Positions 49,398 through 61,203 of a DNA stretch of 64,000 nucleotides are shown here, in pieces. The position numbers and the translations under genes are program-made. The notes under the pieces were generated by a model. That model was given only the letters and a program-made list of their open reading frames with translations. It was not told the DNA's origin and searched no databases. Source of the DNA: Macrostomum lignano (taxonomy: Eukaryota); contig NIVC01001998.1 in NCBI GenBank assembly GCA_002269645.1, forward strand, positions 62,001 to 126,000, given 5' to 3'. Each line of letters opens with the position of its first letter. Position 1 is the first letter of the stretch.

Positions 49398-50038
49398 ACA
49401 ACATCCTAAACAAATTCCAATTGAATTGATTATTTATTAGAAACAATTCCCTCAATCATCGGCTCTGCTTCAAGTTCTCCGATTTGCTGGTACAAACAGA
49501 CGGCAGTTCGCAGGGGAAAGAGACGGGTGCTCATAGTAGAAACCGACTCAAGCCAATAACAGCGCGTCTGCATGGCAAGAATTCAGCTTGGAAATTTTTA
49601 AAAAGAGCGCAGAGTCGAGACAGACCCTCCGTCGAAAGCAGTCCCTAACGCGGGGTCCTTTTCTCGCGTTTTAAAAAGCTTTTTTGTTTGGCCATATAGG
49701 TGCGCAGCCCCCTTCACTTTTCTCGGGTTATTTTATTGTCCTGCTCAACTTGACCCACCCAGCTCGCTACCGTCAGGCCCGGCCCACCCATCTACACTGC
49801 AGCTCTGCATAAGCTCACACCCACTCACTGGGAGCCAGTCTGGCTTTATCTTCTCAACCTAATATTTAAGCTTGGTATTTTGCTAATACGCATTCCTCAA
49901 GGTTAACGTTGGACAATAGAAGCTCTTTGGATTGGAAATCTTTCCCAACAGATACCATGCTATTGTTTGTTGATTGAAACTGAGACAGAAATAAACAACA
50001 GAAAATTCCCTCACATCGAGGCAAAATTTGCGATAAAA

Positions 50039-50093
50039 ATGGCTCGATGGATGTTGCTGACGGCTTGCCTCATCGCGAGTTTAATAGCATCCG
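50039..50093 (+). CDS. Cadherin exon 1 (signal peptide MARWMLLTACLIASLIAS)
   Basis: ATG 50039, donor G|GTGAGT. Confidence 0.75.
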
Positions 50094-53000
50094 GTGAGTT
50101 GACATTGATTTGTTTTTATGTATACAGCCATAGCTTTTGGTAGCGCACTGGCGGTTCTTTCATCATAGGGTCGGTTCTTCTGTCACAGGGTCGGTTCTTC
50201 TGTCACAGGGTCAGTTCTTCTGTCACAGGGTCAGTTCTTCTGTCACAGGGTCAGTTCTTCTGTCACAGGGTCAGTTCTTCTGTCACAGGGTCAGTTCTTC
50301 TGTCACAGGGTCAGTTCTTCTGTCACAGGGTCAGTTCTTCTGTCACAGGGTCAGTTCTTCTGTCACAGGGTCAGTTCTTCTGTCACAGGGTCAGTTCTTC
50401 TGTCACAGGGTCAGTTCTTCTGTCACAGGGTCAGTTCTTCTGTCACAGGGTCAGTTCTTCTGTCACAGGGTCAGTTCTTCTGTCACAGGGTCAGTTCTTC
50501 TGTCACAGGGTCAGTTCTTCTGTCACAGGGTCAGTTCTTCTGTCACAGGGTCAGTTCTTCTGTCACAGGGTCGGTTTTTTAATCACTGAATTACTTCTTG
50601 CGGAAAGGTACTTAAAGCAATAAGATTGTCTTTATCTCACGGAGTGTCAGCTCTTAAACCAATAAAAACTTTCAATGTACTTTTAAGCAAATCTAAACAT
50701 TCACCCCACCCAACCAGTTCGATCTCAGTGTCCCGCCAGTGACGCTGCTGCAAACCCTGCTGTAAGCACTGGGGTACCAGAGAACTCGCCGGTTGGCACT
50801 CTGGTGCTCAACCTCACCGGGCCGAAACCGCCCAGTGACCCGGTAAGCCCGATCTCCAGCGTTTCAACCTACGGTTGCTACTTCCACAGCAACACAAGCG
50901 GAATCTACATGGCTAAGGTGTTCGATCTGGAGTTTCCAACATCTTGCTCTGGCGGCAACATCAGCAACCCTGGTGCACCAATCACCACTACTTTGAACTG
51001 CGCATCTCACACCAACTTAGTCATATCCATTACTGAGGTGGACGAGTTCGATCCGTACTTCATCAAGCCATATTACAGCTTCACGGTGGCCGAGGTAAAT
51101 ACCTAATTGTAGTTAAGTTACGTCCAATAACGATATAAAATTTATGTTCTTCTAAAACTATTCGAATTCTAGTCTGACCCTCCGGGAACAGCCATCTACA
51201 CGTTCAAAGGTCAGGTAGCCGATCGCGACCACTCAACTACTGAACCGAGCTACTCGTTTGCGATTTTGGTAAGTACAAGTGCTATCGATGTATTATATTC
51301 ATCAATTGTTTGACTACAGAATCGCCCACTGCAAATGGTGCACAATGCCAACTACGATTTACAGAACGAATCCATCGCTGCCAACATGTTCACAACCACT
51401 TACAACGGCGAAGGAGTCACCGCCGGAGTCCTGCGAATCCAGCAGGCTCTGGACTTTGACGCCGGTCCCAGCCACAGAGACTACACGTTTAACCTGTCAG
51501 CGACGGACAATTTCGGCAAGGTGGCGACTGTAGCCATCTACATTAACGTCTCGGACGTTGACGACTTGAGTCCGCGATTCAGCCAGGACATTTACCGACT
51601 GTCATTCGTGGAGAATGTGAGGCTGGGGGAATGGATTGTGGCTAAAGTGCAGTATCCTTGGTATCCATATCGTCTCTGTCCCTATGATATCCACAACCCT
51701 TCACTGTCCCTATGATATCCCCAACCCCTTTCTGTCCCATGATATCCACAACCTCTCTGCGTTGCCTTCAGATCTCTTGATGTTACCAAACCGAAATTCC
51801 AAAGCAACTCAACATTTGAATCTTATTTTTACACACCAGGAAACCAGCCAGTTGAACGTGTCTCTTAAGACTGTGCCTGAACTATACGCATCCGATATGG
51901 ACATCGGCATCAATCAGACCATTGGCTACACTATTCAGTCAGGTAATTTGCAAATACGCGCTCCAATATTGGTGCACTTTATGTCAGAACTTCTACTTTA
52001 TATATATTTATCCATCTAATTTAATTATATCAATAATTTTACTATTTCAGTATCTGTTTCAGCTTCTGGTCAGTAACTAAAGAATTACATGCATATTTCA
52101 TATGGTTCATAGCCTTTCATTTATTTGGATCAGATGAAATAAAAAATTTCATGCCAAATAATTCAAAATTTTTATGGCTTGGATGCATGAAAACTGTTCT
52201 TATAATCTTTTTAGACTACCTACTATATGCACCCAGGCTAACTGCAGAACCAACCCATTCTAATCAACCTATTACAGGATCAGTGTTGGGCGGTGAGACT
52301 TTCCTCGCCATCAACTCTTCGACAGGACAGTTTCTGGTGACAAGACTGATTGACAGAGAGGCAATGACTACCAATGAGTTATTGGTGCAAGTCAAGGTAA
52401 GGTTGCTGAGCACCATGCCTGCTCAAGCTTAAAATGTCTAGCCACTCATGTACCTAGCTATTGAAATATCTAGCTTCTGAGCTGTCTGGCTACGGAGCTA
52501 TCTAGCTACTGAGCTATCTAGCTACTGAGCTATCTAGCTACGGAGCTATCTAGCTATTGAGCTATCTAGCTACTGAGCTATCTAGCTACTGAGCTATCTA
52601 GCTACGGAGCTATCTAGCTATTGAGCTATCTGAGCTATCTAGCTACTGAGCTATCTGAGCTATCTGAGCTATCTAGCTACTGAGCTATCTGAGCTATCTG
52701 AGCTATCTAGCTACTGAGCTATCTAGCTATCTGAGCTATCTAGCTACTGAGCTATCTAGCTACTGAGCTATCTAGCTACGGAGCTATCTAGCTATTGAGC
52801 TATCTGAGCTATCTAGCTACTGAGCTATCTGAGCTATCTGAGCTATCTAGCTACTAAGCTATCTAGCTATCTGAGCTATCTAGCTACTGAGCTATCTAGC
52901 TATCTGAGCTATCTGAGCTATCTAGCTATCTGAGCTATCTGAGCTATCTAGCTACTGAGCTATCTAGCTATCTGAGCTATCTAGCTACTGAGCTATCTAG

Positions 53001-56000
53001 CTATCTGAGCTATCTAGCTACTGAGCTATCTAGCTACTGAGCTATCTAGCTACTGAGCTATCTAGCTACTGAGCTATCTGAGCTATTCTGAGCTATCTAG
53101 CTACTGAGCTATCTAGCTACTGAGCTATCTAGCTACTGAGCTATCTAGCTACTGAGCTATCTAGCTACGGAGCTATCTAGCTATTGAGCTATCTAGCTAT
53201 CTGAGCTATCTAGCTACTGAGCTATCTAGCTACTGAGCTATCTAGCTACTGAGCTATCTAGCTACGGAGCTATCTAGCTATTGAGCTATCTGAGCTATCT
53301 AGCTACTGAGCTATCTGAGCTATCTGAGCTATCTAGCTACTGAGCTATCTGAGCTATCTGAGCTATCTAGCTACTGAGCTATCTAGCTATCTGAGCTATC
53401 TAGCTACTGAGCTATCTAGCTACTGAGCTATCTAGCTACGGAGCTATCTAGCTATTGAGCTATCTGAGCTATCTAGCTACTGAGCTATCTGAGCTATCTG
53501 AGCTATCTAGCTACTAAGCTATCTAGCTATCTGAGCTATCTAGCTACTGAGCTATCTAGCTATCTGAGCTATCTGAGCTATCTAGCTATCTGAGCTATCT
53601 GAGCTATCTAGCTACTGAGCTATCTAGCTATCTGAGCTATCTAGCTACTGAGCTATCTAGCTATCTGAGCTATCTAGCTACTGAGCTATCTAGCTACTGA
53701 GCTATCTAGCTACTGAGCTATCTAGCTACTGAGCTATCTGAGCTATTCTGAGCTATCTAGCTACTGAGCTATCTAGCTACTGAGCTATCTAGCTACTGAG
53801 CTATCTAGCTACTGAGCTATCTAGCTACTGAGCTATCTGAGCTATCTAGCTACTGAGCTATCTAGCTACTGAGCTATCTAGCTACTGAGCTATCTAGCTA
53901 CTGAGCTATCTGAGCTATCTGAGCTATCTAGCTACTGAGCTATCTGAGCTATCTGAGCTATCTAGCTACTGAGCTATCTAGCTACTGAGCTATCTGAGCT
54001 ATCTGAGCTATTCTGAGCTATCTAGCTACTGAGCTGTCTGAGCTATCTGAGCTATCTGAGCTTCTGAGCTATCTAGCTACTGAGCTATCTGAGCTATCTG
54101 AGCTATCTGAGCTATCTGAGCTATCTGAGCTATCTAGCTACTGAGCTATCTAGCTACTGAGCTATCTAGCTACTGAGCTATCTAGCTAATCATCTATCTG
54201 GCTACTGAGCTATCTAGCTAATAATCTATCTAGCTACTGAGCTGTCTGGCTACGGAGCTATCTGAGCTATCTAGCTACTGAGCTATCTGAGCTATCTAGC
54301 TACTGAGCTATCTAGCTAATCATCTATCTAGCTACTGAGCTATCTAGCTACTGAGCTATCTAGCTACTGAGCTATCTAGCTACTGAGCTGTCTAGCTACT
54401 GAGCTATCTAGCTAATCATCTATCTGGCTACTGAGCTATCTAGCTACTGAGCTATCTAGCTACTGAGCTATCTATAGCTACTGAGCTATCTAGCTACTGA
54501 TCTATCTAGCTACTGAGCTATCTGAGCTATCTAGCTACTGAGCTATCTAGCTACTGAGCTATCTGAGCTATCTAGCTACTGAGCTATCTAGCTACTGAGC
54601 TATCTGAGCTATCTGAGATATCTAGCTACTGATCTATCTAGCTACTGAGCTATCTAGCTACTTAGCTATCCAGCTACTGAGCTATCTAGCTACTTAGCTA
54701 TCCAGCTACTGAGCTATCTAGCTACTTAGCTATCCAGCTACTGAGCTATCTAGCTACTTAGCTATCCAGCTACTGAGCTATCTAGCTACTGAGCTATCTG
54801 AGCTATCTGAGATATCTAGCTACTGATCTATCTAGCTACTGAGCTATCTAGCTACTGATCTATCTAGCTACTGAGCTATCTAGCTACTTAGCTATCCAGC
54901 TACTGAGCTATCTAGCTACTGAGCTATCTGAGCTATCTGAGATATCTAGCTACTGATCTATCTAGCTACTGAGCTATCTAGCTACTGATCTATCTAGCTA
55001 CTGAGCTATCTAGCTACTTAGCTATCCAGCTACTGAGCTATCTAGCTACTTAGCTATCCAGCTACTGAGCTATCTAGCTACTGATCTATCTAGCTACTGA
55101 GCTATCTAGCTACTTAGCTATCCAGCTACTGAGCTATCTAGCTACTTAGCTATCCAGCTACTGAGCTATCTAGCTACTTAGCTATCCAGCTACTGAGCTA
55201 TCTAGCTACTTAGCTATCCAGCTACTGAGCTATCTAGCTACTGAGCTATCTGAGCTATCTGAGATATCTAGCTACTGATCTATCTAGCTACTGAGCTATC
55301 TAGCTACTGATCTATCTAGCTACTGAGCTATCTAGCTACTTAGCTATCCAGCTACTGAGCTATCTAGCTACTTAGCTATCCAGCTACTGAGCTATCTAGC
55401 TACTTAGCTATCCAGCTACTGAGCTATCTAGCTACTTAGCTATCCAGCTACTGAGCTATCTAGCTACTTAGCTATCCAGCTACTGAGCTATCTAGCTACT
55501 TAGCTATCCAGCTACTGAGCTATCTAGCTACTGATCTATCTAGCTACTGAGCTATCTAGCTACTTAGCTATCCAGCTACTGAGCTATCTAGCTACTTAGC
55601 TATCCAGCTACTGAGCTATCTAGCTACTGAGCTATCTGAGCTATCTGAGATATCTAGCTACTGATCTATCTAGCTACTGAGCTATCTAGCTACTTAGCTA
55701 TCCAGCTACTGAGCTATCTAGCTACTTAGCTATCCAGCTACTGAGCTAGCTAGCTACTTAGCTATCCAGCTACTGAGCTATCTAGCTACTTAGCTATCCA
55801 GCTACTGAGCTATCTAGCTACTTAGCTATCCAGCTACTGAGCTATCTAGCTACTGATCTATCTAGCTACTGAGCTATCTAGCTACTTAGCTATCCAGCTA
55901 CTGAGCTATCTAGCTACTGAGCTATCTGAGCTATCTGAGATATCTAGCTACTGATCTATCTAGCTACTGAGCTATCTAGCTACTGATCTATCTAGCTACT

Positions 56001-59000
56001 GAGCTATCTAGCTACTTAGCTATCCAGCTACTGAGCTATCTAGCTACTTAGCTATCCAGCTACTGAGCTATCTAGCTACTTAGCTATCCAGCTACTGAGC
56101 TATCTAGCTGAGGCTATCCTGAGACCATAACCATTTAAAAAACCCAGATAGAGATAGTCTAACACCGATTCGGACAAATTAGTGTTGCAAGTGTTGCCAG
56201 CATAAAAGTAGGCGCCAGCCCATGTACGAACTAGCAGATACTCCCGACTTCGTTTTAAGTCGCGCGTACGTTGCTTAGTTTTATAAGCTAGTACTAAATA
56301 TAGAAACACGCCTTGCTTGCCTTGAGTCCCATAGTTCTCTCGGTTTCTCTCTCTGGCAGGACATTAGAGCAGGGCAGTGACCAGCACTTGCTTAAAAACC
56401 TTTAATGCAGGCAAATAATAGCATAATAGCTGTGAGACACAAATATTTGCTAACCTCTCGAATGCCATTTCATTAGACACTAAATACTTATATGGCGTAT
56501 GAGAATCAGTTTTGGTTGCAGGAAAATATTCAAATGAGTGTGATGATTTTTGATAAATCAAGCCAAGTAAGACAGTTAAGAAGTTCAATAGCCAGATAGC
56601 TTAGTAGCTAGATTAGCTCAGTAGCTAGATAGCTCAGTAGCTAGATAGCTCAGTAGCCAGATAGATTATTAGCTAGATAGCTCAGTAGCTAGACAGCTCA
56701 GTAGCTAGATGGCTCAGTAGCTAGACAGCTCAGTAGCTAGATAGCTCAGTAGCTAGATATCTCAGTAGCTAGATAGCTCAGTAGCTAAACAGCTCAGTAG
56801 CTAGATGGCTCAGTAGCTAGACAGCTCAGTAGCTAGATGGCTCAGTAGCTAGACAGCTCAGTAGCTAGACAGCTCAGTAGCTAGACAGCTCAGTAGCTAG
56901 ATAGCTCAGTAGCTAGACAGCTCAGTAGCTAGATAGCTCAGTAGCTAGATATCTCAGATAGCTAGATAGTTAACCTGTAACCCTGCCGCCTTGTCACCCC
57001 AACCGCACAGGCCTATCAAACGGACAAACCGGAAACCCGTATCGCTCTGGCGACAGTCATTGTGACTGTGCAGGACAAAAACGACAACGACCCGGTGGTG
57101 TCGCCTGACTCTGTGACCACCAGCATAGCGGAAAATTCGGCTGTTGGCACCTACGTCACCAGACTCACTGTGCAGGACAGGGACCTCGTGAGTGACTATT
57201 GATATTTGCCTTCTATCTCAGCCCTGGGCTTCTTACCGTAGTTTCTGGTTCTATTTTGATGACTTGTTATTTCCACTCTTCTATTTCCACTGTTCTATTT
57301 CTACTGTTCTATTTCTACTGTTCTATTTCCACTGTTCTATTTCCACTGTTCTATTTCCACTGTTCTATTTCCACTGTTCTATTTCCACTGTTCTATTTCC
57401 ACGATTATATTTCACTGCTATATATTTCCATGAATCTCTATTGTAGCCATTCTAATTGCGTGGTTTCAATCCGCAATTTCTAAATTATATTTATGATTCT
57501 ATTTCTGGACACGACTTCCGAGTCCTGACTAGATGACTATAAAGTCTATATTACACAAAGGATGATGTTATGATAATCCTGAGCATAGCTAACACTCATA
57601 AATAAGATAGACTATTCCTTTCAAGACTGGCATACTTCAGCCCAACCCACGGCTGCTACAGGCTCTGCATGTGGGCTATTTTTTTGCCTAGAGTTGCTCT
57701 CGAGAGCAGCTGGGGGGTGAACTAGATGAATTTTTTCTCACCTCTTCACTGTTTGAGGCGGTGACTAGATGAGTTTATTGGAATAAAATGGGGCCAAAGA
57801 AGACGCCCAAGGAGCAGTTTTGGCTACAATTTTCTTGCTGATCCGAAGTGATCTTTAAAAGCATTAGAAGCAAACTGCTGTTAAAAGCAGTTGGTTTCTG
57901 AGATCCGAATGTGGAAACAGTGCCAAAAATTGTTTTTCTACAGATGGAGAAGCTTTTAATCAGCCCTTAATGAGTCACTAAGTTCGTTTGATACTTTGGG
58001 ATACCCAATACCTGGACGCACCTTGAGACTACTTAGACGTTATCAGAGATACTCAGTCATACTCATAGATACCCATACATACTCAGTCCTACTCAGACAT
58101 ACTCATAGATACTCAGTCATACTCAGAGATACTCAGAGATACTCAGTCCCACTCAGAGATACTCAGTCCCACTCAGAGATACTCAGTCACACTCAGACAT
58201 ACTCAGTCCCACTCAGAGATACTCAGTCACACTCAGACATACTCAGTCACACTCAGAGATACTCAGTCACACTCAGACATACTCAGTCACACTCAGACAT
58301 ACTCAGTCCCACTCAGAGATACTCAGTCACACTCAGACATACTCAGTCCCACTCAGAGATACTCAGTCACACTCAGACATACTCAGTCCCACTCAGAGAT
58401 ACTCAGTCACACTCAGACATACTCAGTCACACTCAGAGATACTCAGTCACACTCAGACATACTCAGTCACACTCAGACATACTCAGTCCCACTCAGAGAT
58501 ACTCAGTCACACTCAGACATACTCAGTCCCACTCAGAGATACTCAGTCACACTCAGACATACTCAGTCCCACTCAGAGATACTCAGTCACACTCAGACAT
58601 ACTCAGTCCTACTCAGAGATTCTCAGTCATACTCAGACTTACTCAGTCCTACTCAGAGATACTCAGTCACACTCAGACATACTCAGTCCTACTCAGAGAT
58701 ACTCAGTCATGCTCAGACATACTCAGTCCTACTCAGAGATACTCAGTCCTACTCAGAGATACTCAGTCATACTCAGACATACTGAGAGATCTCAAAGACA
58801 CACAAAAGTTATTACGATGCTGTTACTATAATTACCCATTGAAAACCAAATGAAATTTATCATTTATATTAATTATTAAAATTTTATTTCAGAACTCGTC
58901 GTCAGAGTTTCTCATTGCCGATCCAAGCGGTGCCTTTCAAATTGACTCAACAACTGGCGTGGTCACCGTGCTGAATGCCACCTTGCTGGACAGGGAGCTC

Positions 59001-61112
59001 TATGCGGATTTCACCTTCCAGGTGAGACTGATCGACTGGGTGATGATTGACTTGCATCATTATGATTTAGTGATGTTATAAATGATTCAGTAATGCTGAT
59101 GATGATTCAGTGATGATATAATTGATTCAGTGATGATATAGATGATTCAGTGATGTTATAGATGATTCAGTGATGATATAGATGATATAATTGATTCAGT
59201 GATGTTATAGATGATTCAGTGATGATATAGATGATTCAGTGATGTTATAGATTATTCAGTGATGATATAGATGATTCAGTGATGATATAGATGATTCAGT
59301 GATGATATAGATGATTCAGTGATGTTATAAATGATTCAGTAATGCTGATGATGATTCAGTGATGATATAGATGATTCAGTGATGATATAATTGATTCAGT
59401 GATGTTATAGATGATTCAGTGATGATATAGATGATTCAGTGATGATATAATTGATTCAGTGATGATATAGATGATTCAGTGATGATATAGATGATTCAGT
59501 GATGATATAGATGATTCAGTGATGATATAGATGATTCAGTGATGATATAGATGATTCAGTGATGATATAGATGATTCAGTGATGATATAATTGATTCAGT
59601 GATGATATAGATGATTCAGTGATGATATAGATGATTCAGTGATGATATAGATGATTCAGTGATGATATAGATGATTCAGTGATGATATAGATGATTCAGT
59701 GATGCTCCAGATGAGTCAATGCTGCTATAGATGATTCAGTAATTCTGTACATGATAAAAGGATGCTAGATATGATTAAGTGAAACATTTTAATGATTCCT
59801 TAATGAGTTTACATTTTTATGTATTTTTAATTTGTCAAACCCAACAAAGAACCGTCTCAATTTACCAATCAACCAAAAATACGTCTAGAGTTTTGTATGA
59901 ACTGAATTGGATTTCAGTCAGTACAGATTCAGTCAGTTGCAGGCAAACAAATGAAAATCCAATTCGTACAATAATGACTGCGCGATGGACTGAAGAGCCG
60001 ACAGAAGAGTCACTCTTTATTATTTTATTAAGTGCAGGGGTAGTGAGGCAGCGGTGGCAGAGGTCCGGGCGATTGTTGGAAATCACCGATTCAACCAGAG
60101 AACAGGGACAGAGAGAGGAAATTCGTGTTGCCATGGCAACGAGGAGAGACGCTTATTTTTTAAAGCACATCCGTGTTGTCTGAGTTAGGTAGCTGGACAC
60201 CCGCGCGTAGGGCAGCTTCTGAATTTTTACTCAAGCCTATGTGACGCTGGGGGCTTTACATTGGGTAAAGGAAGTGTCAGTGTCGATTACATTATTCTGT
60301 GTTTTCTCGCTAGCGCTGAGGCTCTGAGGCAGAATATCGCGTTTCTTTCCTGGCTTAAGTAAGGGCTTGCTTGAGTAGCTTGTCATTGAATGACACACCT
60401 GGCATGACAAGGTGTAAGCCCCAGGTGTGTTTGACCGGCGATAACTGACAAAAAATGCGACACTGTTAATATATTTTGATGGGATAAAAAGGGATTTGAG
60501 GCCTAGAATAGAATAGAATAGAATAGAATAGAATAGAATAGAATAGAATAGAATAGAATAGAATAGAATAGAATAGAATAGAATAGAATAGAATAGAATA
60601 GAATAGAATAGAATAGAATAGAATAGAATAGAATAGAATAGAATAGAATAGAATAGAATAGAATAGAATAGAATAGAATAGAATAGAATAGAATAGAATA
60701 GAATAGAATAGAATAGAATAGAATAGAATAGAATAGAATAGAATAGAATAGAATAGAATAGAATAGAATAGAATAGAATAGAATAGAATAGAATAGAATA
60801 GAATAGAATAGAATAGAATAGAATAGAATAGAATAGAATAGAATAGAATAGAATAGAATAGAATAGAATAGAATAGAATAGAATGAGGTAAGTTTAACAG
60901 AAACGAATAAAATAACGCAAATTCAGAAGGTAGAGAATTTTATTTAATTGAACTTAGACAAGATCAGAGTTTCCAATCGTGCATAATTTACGATTTGGGC
61001 GGAATTTTTAGTGTCTCGATGAGTCAGCCTCAAGTCTGTCTTGACAATTTCCGCTTATACTTTTATTTTGCGTTTATATATTTACATCACAACGTCTTAC
61101 AGACAGACAGAA

Positions 61113-61203
<91 letters not shown>

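Noticed and set aside
59779-60183. ORFs 59779-60183 (+) and 59862-60134 (-) around the X-box
   Set aside because: No domain or codon bias; the minus-strand ATG is simply the centre of the palindrome
60504-60883. (AATAG)n as a telomere-like tract
   Set aside because: Not TTAGGG-type; an ordinary intronic pentanucleotide microsatellite
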